Shown here: positions 28,567 to 38,956 of the stretch, one piece after another
How the letters are laid out: each line of letters begins with the position of its first letter
Numbering within the stretch: the first letter of the stretch is position 1
Notes under the pieces: generated by a model
Database searches by the model: none
Told to the model about the DNA's origin: nothing
What the model saw: only the letters and a program-made list of their open reading frames with translations
Translations under genes and position numbers: made by a program
Virus record (IMG/VR): IMGVR_UViG_3300027229_000005
Source: an uncultured virus (IMG/VR IMGVR_UViG_3300027229_000005)
Lineage: Duplodnaviria; Heunggongvirae; Uroviricota; Caudoviricetes
Reading direction: 5' to 3' (one strand)
DNA: 64,000 nt

Positions 28567-29799
28567 ATGAAATTAGGCAAACACACGTTAATGATCGATG
28601 GCAACTACTTTGTATACAGCCGTCTATATGTCATGCCTCGTAGCAAGTCCGGTAAACTGTTAGGAGATGAAAAGGAAAAAGCACAGTTCATGCGCAAGCT
28701 GTGTATCGATATTGCCAGCGAAATTCGTAAAATGCGACCTTTCATTGATCAGGTTGTTGTTGCTGTTGATTCTAAGTCTTGGCGTAAAGATCTGTTTCCT
28801 GAAGCTGAATACAAGGGTACTCGTGTAGCCGATGACTCAGTCGATTGGGATGCAGTGTATAGTGTATACGATAGCTTTCGTACGGTTCTTCAAAAACAGG
28901 GTGTTATTGTTCAACAAACTAATGGTGCCGAAGCTGACGATATTCTGTTTGCATGGGCAACTGAATTAAACAATCAGGGCCGCAATTGCATCGTATGGAC
29001 AGGCGACCGTGATCTTATTCAATTGGTTGATTACACCCAAGCCACTGATGGTTATACTCTTTGGTACTACAACACTAAACGTAATCTTATTGCATTTAAC
29101 GGTTTCACCGCTCTATTAGAGGGTGAGTCTAATGATACCAAGTCTGATGATGACTTACTATTTAACCTATCAGGTTCTGACATCGCAGGTAGTCTTAAAG
29201 ATGATATTAATGATTGGGTTAAACGTAATCGCGTTAGTATTGAAGAAATAGATTCACGTGAATTTCTGTTCAAAAAGATTCTTATCGGTGATAAATCAGA
29301 TAACATACCTTCAGTTGTCACTTACGATAAGCAAATGAATAATGGCAAGCATCGTACCTTTTCAATCACAGAAAAGCAATCTGAAAAGATTCTTGCACAA
29401 TATGAAAAAGACTATGGTAGTTTTCAGGTAGAACATTTGTTCATCAAAGAAAATCGTCAGCACATGTGCGATGTAATCTATAGGTCGGTTGGTAACTCAA
29501 ACGTAGAACAGATTGCTTCTAATTTGATGCAAAACATTCAACTAATGTTTCTTCACGTTCGCATCATACCAGAACCTATTCTAAAAGCAATCTATAAGGA
29601 AATCTCTAAGCCTTATGATAGTCCTAATTTCCATAATCTATCACAGATGGAACGCATCCTTGAAGGAACGGGCTTTACTGATCGCGATAAACAAGTCGTA
29701 CCCAAAGGAATGGATCCCTTTAGCGGTCTAAAATTAGTTGATGAAAAGCCAAAGAAGGAAGATCAACCTAAGACTAAGAAGCTGAACGAATTGTTCTAA
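28567..29799 (+). CDS. rnh: 5'-3' exonuclease / T4-type RNase H (FEN family)
   Basis: IDGNY, DSKSWRK, YKGTR, EADD, TGDRDLIQL, LIGDKSDNIP. Confidence 0.88.
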   Translation: MKLGKHTLMIDGNYFVYSRLYVMPRSKSGKLLGDEKEKAQFMRKLCIDIASEIRKMRPFIDQVVVAVDSKSWRKDLFPEAEYKGTRVADDSVDWDAVYSVYDSFRTVLQKQGVIVQQTNGAEADDILFAWATELNNQGRNCIVWTGDRDLIQLVDYTQATDGYTLWYYNTKRNLIAFNGFTALLEGESNDTKSDDDLLFNLSGSDIAGSLKDDINDWVKRNRVSIEEIDSREFLFKKILIGDKSDNIPSVVTYDKQMNNGKHRTFSITEKQSEKILAQYEKDYGSFQVEHLFIKENRQHMCDVIYRSVGNSNVEQIASNLMQNIQLMFLHVRIIPEPILKAIYKEISKPYDSPNFHNLSQMERILEGTGFTDRDKQVVPKGMDPFSGLKLVDEKPKKEDQPKTKKLNELF

Positions 29800-29828
29800 A
29801 CTTAACATATTTACGGGGTATAATTAAT

Positions 29829-30260
29829 ATGCTGGACGAAACTAAATTGTTCGACTTCATTAAAATGATGTTCGAAAAACCCAAAGAGTACGATGCTATT
29901 AAACAGCATAATAAGAAGCGTCATTTCTTTATGATCAATCGTTTCTTTTCGATTAAGTTTCCTGATAATGCAAACGCGTTCAATCTTAACGGTATTGAAG
30001 GTTCTCACGTGGTTGATAGTTGGAGAATGGTCGCAGGTAGATTTAAAGGCGTTCCAGGTTGGATTTACACCAAGACCAAAAAAGCTTCACCGTCTGCAGC
30101 CAAAGTAAAAGATCAATATATACCTTCAGACGAAGCAGTTAAATTCTATATGACCAAAAATGAAATTGGCAAAAGAGAATTTGAAGAACTGAAAAAGTTT
30201 GCGCAATTTGAATTGTACAAAGACCTTCAAATGATTGAAAAATCAATCAAAGTTTATTGA
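29829..30260 (+). CDS. possible clamp loader small subunit (gp62-like)
   Basis: LFDFI and FMINRFFS resemble the gp62 family; near the gp44-like gene. Confidence 0.45.
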   Translation: MLDETKLFDFIKMMFEKPKEYDAIKQHNKKRHFFMINRFFSIKFPDNANAFNLNGIEGSHVVDSWRMVAGRFKGVPGWIYTKTKKASPSAAKVKDQYIPSDEAVKFYMTKNEIGKREFEELKKFAQFELYKDLQMIEKSIKVY

Positions 30261-30907
30261 TGAAAATATACAACTCATCCGACTTCGTAGATGTGATTGA
30301 CGTGACGCTGTTCAAGTATAATCACTATGATAATTTGATTTGGACTAAATGTCTGAATCAGTTGGACTACATGAGGGTTGACGATGAATCTATTTTAGTT
30401 ACTCCATATCAATTGGAGACGATGTTTGAATATAACTTTGAGAAAGAAATTAGACGTATTAAGGCCATCACCTTTGAGTTGATTCACAAGGATGCTTCAT
30501 CTCTATTCTTTCTTCACAAGATTGTTGAAGATTTTGGCAGATTAAAATGGATCAAATTAACACTTTCCAAGCGTAGAAACTTTAGTAGAGTAATTGAAGA
30601 TTTTGAAAATACAACTCGACAAATAAAGTATTCTTATAAGATTCTTAGAGCGACCGTTAGATTGAGCGAATTTATTGATGTTCATGAAATTAAAAAGATC
30701 AATCCACTGTTGAGATCTGCTGGTTTGATTGGTGAAAAGCCATACAACTCAATGCCTATTAAGCGATTGACTATGGGAGTTGAAAGTATTTTAGGTTCAG
30801 AAGACATGTCTGATCAAACGGCCGAATCCCTTGCAATGATTTTAGACATCATTGACCATAAACTGGAAGGTGATAATCCTGAAGTACTTTTAGTCACGGA
30901 TTGGTGA
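30257..30907 (+). CDS. hypothetical protein
   Basis: 216-aa ORF coupled to the upstream gene (likely ATG at 30260). Confidence 0.7.
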   Translation: MMKIYNSSDFVDVIDVTLFKYNHYDNLIWTKCLNQLDYMRVDDESILVTPYQLETMFEYNFEKEIRRIKAITFELIHKDASSLFFLHKIVEDFGRLKWIKLTLSKRRNFSRVIEDFENTTRQIKYSYKILRATVRLSEFIDVHEIKKINPLLRSAGLIGEKPYNSMPIKRLTMGVESILGSEDMSDQTAESLAMILDIIDHKLEGDNPEVLLVTDW

Positions 30908-30936
30908 GATATATAAAAGAAAGTCTCACTTTCTGA

Positions 30937-31437
30937 ATGAAAAAACTACGCGAATTACTAAAGGATTTTGGTAAGCGTGAGGAGTTGGTTTACATTGTTG
31001 TTCTGTTATGGATTACAATGGGAGTTCTTGGAGCTTATAAAGATACTGATTTCACTCAACTTGCAGCCTACTTTGGTTCACTAACAGCATACGTTGCAAC
31101 TTATATCTGGGGAGAGTCTCGTAGGCCAAGTGAAAAGACTGGTTTAATGAAAGAGGGTCCAAACTCTAGACGAGAAGTAATGATATACATTATCGTTGCT
31201 CTATGGACCATTGTTGGTGGATTTGCAATATGGTTTAAGGCTAATTTGAGCGATCTAGCAGTTTACTTCGTATCACTTACGGGTTTCATTGCATCTTGGA
31301 TTGCGGGTGAAGTTTACAAACCTCAGGATATTGTCAAATCTAAACCGGTTTCAAAGCCAACTTTCAGTCAGAAACCATCGGTTCCAAAGATCATTGGTGA
31401 AGAACCTTCCGACGAGGCCAAAAACATTGAAGTATAA
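30937..31437 (+). CDS. 4-TM membrane protein made of two homologous halves; holin candidate
   Basis: KREELVYIVVLLW..LAAYFGSLTAYVATYIWGE repeats as RREVMIYIIVALW..LAVYFVSLTGFIASWIAGE; late motif at 30908. Confidence 0.65.
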   Translation: MKKLRELLKDFGKREELVYIVVLLWITMGVLGAYKDTDFTQLAAYFGSLTAYVATYIWGESRRPSEKTGLMKEGPNSRREVMIYIIVALWTIVGGFAIWFKANLSDLAVYFVSLTGFIASWIAGEVYKPQDIVKSKPVSKPTFSQKPSVPKIIGEEPSDEAKNIEV

Positions 31438-31444
31438 ATAGTTT

Positions 31445-33382
31445 ATGGTAACTGGCTCAACAGCAAATGAGATCGGAGATTTCATCATTGGAAAACTTGT
31501 CGATCCGTATGAAAACGTAATTCGTGTGACAGATTGGTCTATTTTGGCCGGTCTAAGTAACGATTATACGGTAGGTAAAATTAGTTTTACTGAAGGGTCT
31601 ACGACCGTTTCAGGGTACGGTACTAATTTTAATCTAAGTCCTGGTGATTCTATCATCGTAGGTAATCACGTACTTGAAGTTGCACTTCAAGTTACTCCAC
31701 TTCACATTGAACTTGCTGATCCAGCACCTTTCACTGCATCGATGGCAACTTTCATGATTTTGCCAGATGCAAACAATGAGTTTATTTACGAATACCGATG
31801 GTCTCACACTAATGAAGAATTCAGTGAATTCAAATTATTGACCAAAGATATGAATCCTGGTGATCTGATGTTTATCGCATGGGATGGAACGAGACCACTT
31901 TGGATTGACGTTAAAGGTACTGTTGATCGTTTAACGCTAGGTGCGTCATTAACGATGATCAGTATTACGTTCACACTTGAAACCACTGAAGGAGAAATCA
32001 TAGCTTGTCCACAGTATTGCTTAGGATGCGATGATCCATATTCATATATTGGTTGCGCCAACATTAAACCATGTACGACTGATGAAAATATCTTTAAGCC
32101 ATACGAATTAAATAAGAGCGATAATCTGTACAGACAGCTTGTAGAAATTTCAACTGACATCTTTGGATGGCCAGTAAGATATTACAGAACTGAACCCGAT
32201 GAAAGAACCAGAGACGTTACTTTCATGGAGTATTCTTTGTTTAACGTAGTTGCCCAAGGAGACGTTAAAGTTTCGGTTCCAGATAATGAAATGCCAACAC
32301 AACAAATCAATTACGACATCTTCGGCATGGGCTTTGAAGATTTTGAAATTCACATTGCTGACTATCAATTTGAAAAGACTTTCGGACCATTTAAGAGACC
32401 AAGAGTTAAAGATTACTTGTACTTCCCAAAACTAAACAGGATGTACGAGGTCAAATCTGTGTCACTGGCAGATGAGTTCAATGTTAACCATACATACTGG
32501 AGAGTGATGCTAGCGAAATATCAAGATCGTTCGGCGGTTATCAAGTCTCCAGAGGCAGAAGCAGAATTGCAAGACCTAGTAGTTGGAATGGATGACATTT
32601 TTGGAGCTGAAATTCAGGACGAGAGCAAAAAGGTTACAAAGCCGCAACAACTTCAAGGAGTATCTCATATTTGGGAAGATGGCGTTAGAACTGGTGCAAA
32701 TGCCCTAGTTAAAATAGTTGACTATGATTTGAAAAACAGATGGACAATTGTATCTAAGCATCACTATAATCTAAGTACTGTTCCAAATGATCAGACTGCA
32801 GTTGAATATATTCAACCTGCAAAACAAACGCAAGAAGAAAACTTAGCATTTACATTCTGGGTTCAACCGACCTTTGATAACTTAGATACAACCAAATATG
32901 TTTTGATCCAAGGCGAACAGTTTGGCGTTGGTTTAACGGCAAGACTTTCATCATCAAAATTAGAGTTGATGATTAATAATCAACCATACACTTTCATGCA
33001 CGGTATGATCATGTCAACTGACGAATGGTATGCGATTGTTATCAATCTATCAAACGACTTTAGAGAAATTGGAGTGTATATGTACTATCTAAATGAACAA
33101 CTCAATTACGTTAGACCACAAGATGGTAATAACAACCTTGAACTTCAATTTAGAGAAATTAGACCTACAACACAATCATTTATTTGGGATGTGGATAGAG
33201 GTTATCAATTAAGAGGTGGTAAATTAAAGATGACAAACATTAGAATTTGGAAAAAGACCATTGAGGAAGAACAACATTCCAATGTGTTAAACCAATCTCT
33301 AGTTAGAGACGCACAATACGCATTGGTGATAGATAACGCCATTCCATCTCTTTCGTACCAACGATATAGAAACGCAAGATGA
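31445..33382 (+). CDS. neck protein (gp14-like core) with extra N-terminal beta domain and C-terminal LamG-like domain
   Basis: FGMGFEDFEIHI..FEKTFG..RPRVKDYLYFPKLNRMYEV matches the gp14 pattern; FTFWV, EWYAIVIN and TNIRIWKK resemble LamG. Confidence 0.65.
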   Translation: MVTGSTANEIGDFIIGKLVDPYENVIRVTDWSILAGLSNDYTVGKISFTEGSTTVSGYGTNFNLSPGDSIIVGNHVLEVALQVTPLHIELADPAPFTASMATFMILPDANNEFIYEYRWSHTNEEFSEFKLLTKDMNPGDLMFIAWDGTRPLWIDVKGTVDRLTLGASLTMISITFTLETTEGEIIACPQYCLGCDDPYSYIGCANIKPCTTDENIFKPYELNKSDNLYRQLVEISTDIFGWPVRYYRTEPDERTRDVTFMEYSLFNVVAQGDVKVSVPDNEMPTQQINYDIFGMGFEDFEIHIADYQFEKTFGPFKRPRVKDYLYFPKLNRMYEVKSVSLADEFNVNHTYWRVMLAKYQDRSAVIKSPEAEAELQDLVVGMDDIFGAEIQDESKKVTKPQQLQGVSHIWEDGVRTGANALVKIVDYDLKNRWTIVSKHHYNLSTVPNDQTAVEYIQPAKQTQEENLAFTFWVQPTFDNLDTTKYVLIQGEQFGVGLTARLSSSKLELMINNQPYTFMHGMIMSTDEWYAIVINLSNDFREIGVYMYYLNEQLNYVRPQDGNNNLELQFREIRPTTQSFIWDVDRGYQLRGGKLKMTNIRIWKKTIEEEQHSNVLNQSLVRDAQYALVIDNAIPSLSYQRYRNAR

Positions 33383-34062
33383 TCATACGATACTCTGAAT
33401 TTCAAGCCCTATATGAAAAGGGAGCTAAACTTGACGGAGTTGCAAGTCAACTTCTAAAAGATTGTTTTAAGAAGTGGGTCACTGACCATAAATCTGGTAA
33501 AAGTCAAGGTAGCTTCTATCAGCAAATAGAACTTCCAGGATTGGAGTTTGATTTTGACGCAAACATTCATTTCAAGTCAAAGGGATTTGACATTCACAAT
33601 ACAACCGGAGCAGACGGTCGAGACATCGATGACGATGACGAAGATCAAACACCTTACATCATTATTGACTTTGACGTTAACCCAAAGTGGTTACCAGGGT
33701 ATTGGTCTGAAATTTATATGCACCTTGCAGATGTTATTAGACATGAAATTGAACACATCACACAAGACGGTCCAAACATTGGCAATTATAGGGGTGGTAA
33801 ACCGAATGAAGACGATCAACAGATGAGACTGTTAATTAAGTCTGGAATTCTACCACAACACATGTATCTATTGCTACCAAAGGAGGTTGATGCAAATCTT
33901 CAAGGTTTAAGATACGAAGCCAAGAAAAGAAAGATGTCAATGATTGATACTGTCAATCAATACTTAGACACACAGGATTACCTAACCCCTGAAACCAGAG
34001 AAGAGGTGATCAACCACTGGAGATTCAGAGCCGAAAAGATCGGCGGTATTCCGAAGTTCTGA
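33379..34062 (+). CDS. HExxH zincin-like protein
   Basis: IRHEIEHITQ and a downstream YLLLPKEVDA supplying a candidate third ligand. Confidence 0.6.
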   Translation: MIIRYSEFQALYEKGAKLDGVASQLLKDCFKKWVTDHKSGKSQGSFYQQIELPGLEFDFDANIHFKSKGFDIHNTTGADGRDIDDDDEDQTPYIIIDFDVNPKWLPGYWSEIYMHLADVIRHEIEHITQDGPNIGNYRGGKPNEDDQQMRLLIKSGILPQHMYLLLPKEVDANLQGLRYEAKKRKMSMIDTVNQYLDTQDYLTPETREEVINHWRFRAEKIGGIPKF

Positions 34063-34092
34063 TATATACTACCAGAATAACTTATTACCATT

Positions 34093-34746
34093 ATGTCGGA
34101 TAAGAAAACTCTTCGTTCCCAAGCGGACGAGATTAGAAATGAATTGGATAGTTTGATCGGAGACAATGAATCCCTTGAAGGAATCATTGACGTAGATCCA
34201 CAGCTTCCAGCACACCATAGACCAACATTTAACTTCTTAGAGGTTAAAACTGGTGCAGATAAACAGGCTAAAAAGACCATTGATGCCTTGATGAGGTTCT
34301 ATCTAGATTCCGACATCATTGAACATAATGAATACGTTAAAGCCAAGAGAAAGATGGACGAGATGACGATGTCATCTCTAGTGTATCAACTCCAAGCGGG
34401 TGAAAGAGCACTAACTCGTTTATTAGAGACCATCGAGGATGGCGACATGGCTCCTAGGATGTTCGAGGTTCTTGCAACCCTACAAAAGTCAATGTTGGAC
34501 ATCATCAAATCACAAACGATGTATTTGATGGCAACTGAAGAATCAATGAAGCGTATCGCTAGAGATTCTGAATTATATCAGGAAAAGACAAATCGTCAAA
34601 TCTCTGAGGACTTTAACAATGAAAAGGGTTCATCTAACGTTCAGCGTGGAACCAAAGATCTGATGTCAAAGATTCAGGCTTCAATCGCAGGTAACGTCGA
34701 AGACGCTGAAATTGAAGAAGATACAACAGATAACACTGAAGAATGA
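34093..34746 (+). CDS. terminase small subunit (gp16-like)
   Basis: APRMFEVLATLQKSMLD and GTKDLM; immediately upstream of the large subunit. Confidence 0.75.
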   Translation: MSDKKTLRSQADEIRNELDSLIGDNESLEGIIDVDPQLPAHHRPTFNFLEVKTGADKQAKKTIDALMRFYLDSDIIEHNEYVKAKRKMDEMTMSSLVYQLQAGERALTRLLETIEDGDMAPRMFEVLATLQKSMLDIIKSQTMYLMATEESMKRIARDSELYQEKTNRQISEDFNNEKGSSNVQRGTKDLMSKIQASIAGNVEDAEIEEDTTDNTEE

Positions 34747-36572
34747 GCGATTACGTAGGAGATAACGTTTGGATCCCAAAGGATAACGATGATTCCACCG
34801 CAGCAAAACTAGTATGGTCATCTAAAAAGGTATCTGATCTAGTAGTTGCGATGGACCAGGGTTATCGTCCAAAGATTTCTTTGCCCTTCTATGAGGGTAA
34901 ACAATTTCTACGAAAGGGTAACATTGTATTTGAATACACTGACGAAGAAATTCAAGAACTTGCAAAATGTGCAAGTGATATTGTATACTTTGCTGAAAAG
35001 TATGCAGTGGTTATGACTGACGAAGGTATTCGTAAAGTTAAGCTTAGAGACTATCAAAAGGACATGTTACGTAACTTTCAAAATGAAAGATTTAATGTAG
35101 TTCTAGCTTCTCGCCAAATGGGTAAAACCGTTACAGCTTCAATCTTTAACGCATGGTACCTAACTTTCCAAGTTGACAAGAACACTCTACTTCTTGCGAA
35201 CAAGTCAGATACAACTAAAGAAATTATCGATAAGGCCAAAACCGTAATTGAGAACCTACCCTTCTTTATGAAACCGGGCATTATTAAGTATGACGTTATG
35301 AACGTTAAAGCTGATAACGGTTGTCGTCTTGTAGGTCAATCTACCACTGCTAAAGCAGGTATCGGTTTTACGATTCACACTCTATTCTTGGACGAGTTTG
35401 CACACATTCACGGTTCAATTGTAGATACGTTCTATGAAAACGTATATCCTACCCTGTCGGCGTCAAAGGTATCACGTATCATCATCACTTCTACACCTAA
35501 CGGTTTCAATAAGTTCTATGAAATCTATTCAGCTGCAGAGAAGGGGCTAAATGCCTATAAAGCCACTCGTATTGACTGGTGGCAACACCCCGACAGAGAC
35601 GATGAATGGTATGAACGTGAATTAGGTAACCTGGGCTCTGAAGAAGCCTTTAACCGCCAATACGGTAATGAATTCGTATCATCATCAAACCTACTATTTG
35701 ACCCCGTAACGATGAAGAAACTTCGCAAGGGAATGGCTAAATACGAATACGAAGATCTTGAAGAGTTTGAAAACATTCACATGGATTTGAAGGGATACCT
35801 TGGGTTTGCTCCGGATTTTGATGTTGAATACGCAAAGGAAGAAGGTAGATATTATGTGTTCTCAGTTGACATTGCCGAAGGTAACGGTGGCGACTATTCT
35901 GTAATCAACCTATTCGAGATAGTGCCAATGAAAAAGAAGCAAATGAAGTACGTTCAAAACCCAGGGGCAATGTACGATTTCTTCACGTTAAAGCAGATTG
36001 GTCTATTTAGGTCTAATGAGCACGTAATTGAAGACTTTGCTAAAGTACTTTATACCCTATCAGTTGAAATCTTTGAGCCTGAGAACGTTAAATTGATCAT
36101 TGAATACAATACCTATGGTTCTATTCTAATTAAGTATTTGACAACTCTATTCCCACAGAGAAACGAGTTTGATGAAGAGATGATTGTTAGATTCAGACAC
36201 CGCCACGATGCAAGGGTTTTGAAACCAGGCATTAGAGTCAAATCCGACAATAAACCTGTGATGTGTCAGAACCTTAAAAAGCTAGTTGAGGGTAATAGAA
36301 TTGATTTCACTGAACATCAAACAGTAACAGAAGCATCAATGTTCGGTACTCTTGTAAATGGTTCTTATGGTGCTCAACATGGTAATGACGATACTCTAAT
36401 GACGTGTGTCACGATCACTGAATTCTTCTTAACAGTTGATTACGCTGACTTCATTGAAGAGGTTCTTGATCACATTGATGAAGAACTTCACAACTACATG
36501 GAGAAAATTCTTTATAAAGATCAAAACACTGACGGAGATCTACAATATGACATTTATGATCTGTTGAATTGA
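34743..36572 (+). CDS. terminase large subunit (gp17-like)
   Basis: LRDYQ, SRQMGKT, FLDEFAH, STPNG, VDIAEG-x-GGDYS, GNDD. Confidence 0.95.
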   Translation: MSDYVGDNVWIPKDNDDSTAAKLVWSSKKVSDLVVAMDQGYRPKISLPFYEGKQFLRKGNIVFEYTDEEIQELAKCASDIVYFAEKYAVVMTDEGIRKVKLRDYQKDMLRNFQNERFNVVLASRQMGKTVTASIFNAWYLTFQVDKNTLLLANKSDTTKEIIDKAKTVIENLPFFMKPGIIKYDVMNVKADNGCRLVGQSTTAKAGIGFTIHTLFLDEFAHIHGSIVDTFYENVYPTLSASKVSRIIITSTPNGFNKFYEIYSAAEKGLNAYKATRIDWWQHPDRDDEWYERELGNLGSEEAFNRQYGNEFVSSSNLLFDPVTMKKLRKGMAKYEYEDLEEFENIHMDLKGYLGFAPDFDVEYAKEEGRYYVFSVDIAEGNGGDYSVINLFEIVPMKKKQMKYVQNPGAMYDFFTLKQIGLFRSNEHVIEDFAKVLYTLSVEIFEPENVKLIIEYNTYGSILIKYLTTLFPQRNEFDEEMIVRFRHRHDARVLKPGIRVKSDNKPVMCQNLKKLVEGNRIDFTEHQTVTEASMFGTLVNGSYGAQHGNDDTLMTCVTITEFFLTVDYADFIEEVLDHIDEELHNYMEKILYKDQNTDGDLQYDIYDLLN

Positions 36573-36631
36573 TAAATTGTCGTAGTTTCCTTGATATATA
36601 GTTAAAGCAAAAAAAAGTCCAATATAAAATT

Positions 36632-38926
36632 ATGGCACTAAGTCCACAACTTCTACAATTCAAGAGCTCTGGTGTATACAGACTTGAATTCGATAAGTCG
36701 CAGACTGTCAACATTCCAGCCGAAACAATCAGATTGATTGTTGGTCACTCTAAGAAAGGACCATACAATTCTCCTGTTTTGATCGACTCAGTTGAACAGT
36801 TCATCAATGTTTTTGGTAGCATTGATCGCAACTTGGAGAAAAAAGGCATGTTCTTCCACAGATCAGCTCTTACAGCTCTAACAAGAGGTCCTATCCTAGC
36901 TCTTAACCTAGCTAAATTTGATAGCAATGACAAAATTTCTTATGCAGCACCTGTAACTGATGCTTCAGATGCACTTTCAACTGCAATTGAGAATGAAAAT
37001 GAGTACTCAAAGTTTTTCAACATTGAAAAATTCTGGACTCCTTCTGACGACGCAGTTAACAATGTAGTCGGTAATGCTATTAAAGGTAACGTTCTAAGAT
37101 TTGCTAACATTAAGCAAGATCCTATCACTGTTATTGTTAGACAAGCACAAGACGTTAAACCTTTCAATATCACTGCAAGAGAGTGGTACGGAGAAGGTAA
37201 CGTTCCTGCATACCTAAATGACTTTGATTATATGTCAGACTTCATGGTTGACGTATTCGTATTCAAAGGAGGCTTTGATGCACTTGTAATGGACACAGAT
37301 CCTATTTATGGCGAATTCTTTACAGCTGATGGTCTAGATAAGACTAAGCTTGCTGAATTTGCTAACCTAAGACAAGTATCTCTAATTGCACAATACACTG
37401 GTTCTATTCTTCCAGGTTTCACAGATCTAGAAGGCAACCAAATGTACGTTGAGACAATGATCAATTCTGAAGCAAGAAGAACAGGTTTGTTCTGCGCTGT
37501 TCTAGAAGATGCAGTTCTTGACGAAGCAAACGGTACTGCAGTTGATTTAATCGGTCACACTGGTGATTCTCTAGACGCTCTATCGTATTCTTTAACTACA
37601 GGTGATAGAGATGTTATGATTGATGCTGCATGGGTATATGCTGCTGGTTCAAACACCGCAACATTCACATACCAGGGTATACTTACTCCACCAACGTTTG
37701 ATCTAAAGGTTGGTCACTACATTCATGCTGACGCTACCAATAGACTTGCTAAGGTAACTAGAATCATTAAAAACGTTATTCCAGCTACTACAGCACCAGC
37801 ACCTCCGGCAGATCCAATTACAACTTACACAGTTTACGTACATACGACACCAGCTGCAGTATTTGCAGGAGCTTATTCTTCATACGAAGAAGCAACTGCT
37901 GTCTATTACCCATTCGTTCTAGATGGAGCGAAGATTGGTACACAGTCTATCCTAGATTGCCTAGACGCAGTAAACACTGGTACAAACCTAGGTAACACTC
38001 TAGCAGACAAAGATAACATCACGTACAGATACATTGTTGATACATTTGGTTCTTATGAATCTGCGAACGGTATTCTAAATAAGTCACAGCTTTCAAACCT
38101 AGCTAAGACTAGACAGAATGCTTCTGCCATCCTAAACGCGCCAATGATCTTTGAATTCAAAGCATCTACAAACCCATCTTTCATCGATGATAATGGTGCA
38201 TTCAATGTAAATTACGTTGCGAATGGCGGTAACCTAGACAAGAACCCAACTTCATTGTATTCTCTACCTTCAATCAACGAAGGTGCTAACTTTGCATTCT
38301 ACTACGGTCCAGGTCTAGTTGTTAGAGAGAACAATAAAGATCTAATCGTTCCTCCAGCATCTTACGTTTCTAACAACTTCATTGACAAGTACACTGATTC
38401 TCTACCATGGGCAATCGTTGCTGGTCCAAGAAGAGGTGTAGTTTCTGGTTCTGGTGTATCAGGCGCAGAATACGCATTCGACAAGGCGGACAGAGATGTT
38501 CTTGAGCCATTCGGTTACAACCCAATCGTCTTCCAAAGAGGCGTTGGTCTAACAATTCTCGGTAACAAGACTGCACAGCAGTCTGTTCAATCAGCGCTGT
38601 CATCGGCTCACGTAAGGGAGGTGTTGATCTTCATACAGGAAGGTATTGCCAACATTCTTAAGGATTACGTATTTGAGTTCAACACTGCTCAAACAAGACT
38701 TGAAATTAAAACTCTAGCTGACTCATTTATGGAATCAGTTAAAGCTGACTTTGGTGTTTACGATTACAAAAACGTAATGGACACTACAAACAATACCAAT
38801 GATGTGATTGATGCAAATATGGGTATCGTCGATACTTATGTTGAACCAGTTAAAGGTCTAGAGATTGTTGTTCACAGAACTACGATCCTAAACACTGGAG
38901 AAATCTCAACTGGTAACTTCAGCTAA
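36632..38926 (+). CDS. tail sheath protein (gp18-like)
   Basis: SSGVYRLEFDKS, GHSKKGPYNSP, PWAIVAGPRRG, YNPI, GNKT, YVFEFN, YVEPVK. Confidence 0.93.
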   Translation: MALSPQLLQFKSSGVYRLEFDKSQTVNIPAETIRLIVGHSKKGPYNSPVLIDSVEQFINVFGSIDRNLEKKGMFFHRSALTALTRGPILALNLAKFDSNDKISYAAPVTDASDALSTAIENENEYSKFFNIEKFWTPSDDAVNNVVGNAIKGNVLRFANIKQDPITVIVRQAQDVKPFNITAREWYGEGNVPAYLNDFDYMSDFMVDVFVFKGGFDALVMDTDPIYGEFFTADGLDKTKLAEFANLRQVSLIAQYTGSILPGFTDLEGNQMYVETMINSEARRTGLFCAVLEDAVLDEANGTAVDLIGHTGDSLDALSYSLTTGDRDVMIDAAWVYAAGSNTATFTYQGILTPPTFDLKVGHYIHADATNRLAKVTRIIKNVIPATTAPAPPADPITTYTVYVHTTPAAVFAGAYSSYEEATAVYYPFVLDGAKIGTQSILDCLDAVNTGTNLGNTLADKDNITYRYIVDTFGSYESANGILNKSQLSNLAKTRQNASAILNAPMIFEFKASTNPSFIDDNGAFNVNYVANGGNLDKNPTSLYSLPSINEGANFAFYYGPGLVVRENNKDLIVPPASYVSNNFIDKYTDSLPWAIVAGPRRGVVSGSGVSGAEYAFDKADRDVLEPFGYNPIVFQRGVGLTILGNKTAQQSVQSALSSAHVREVLIFIQEGIANILKDYVFEFNTAQTRLEIKTLADSFMESVKADFGVYDYKNVMDTTNNTNDVIDANMGIVDTYVEPVKGLEIVVHRTTILNTGEISTGNFS

Positions 38927-38956
38927 TTAGATATATAAAAAAAGCTTAAGAAGAAA

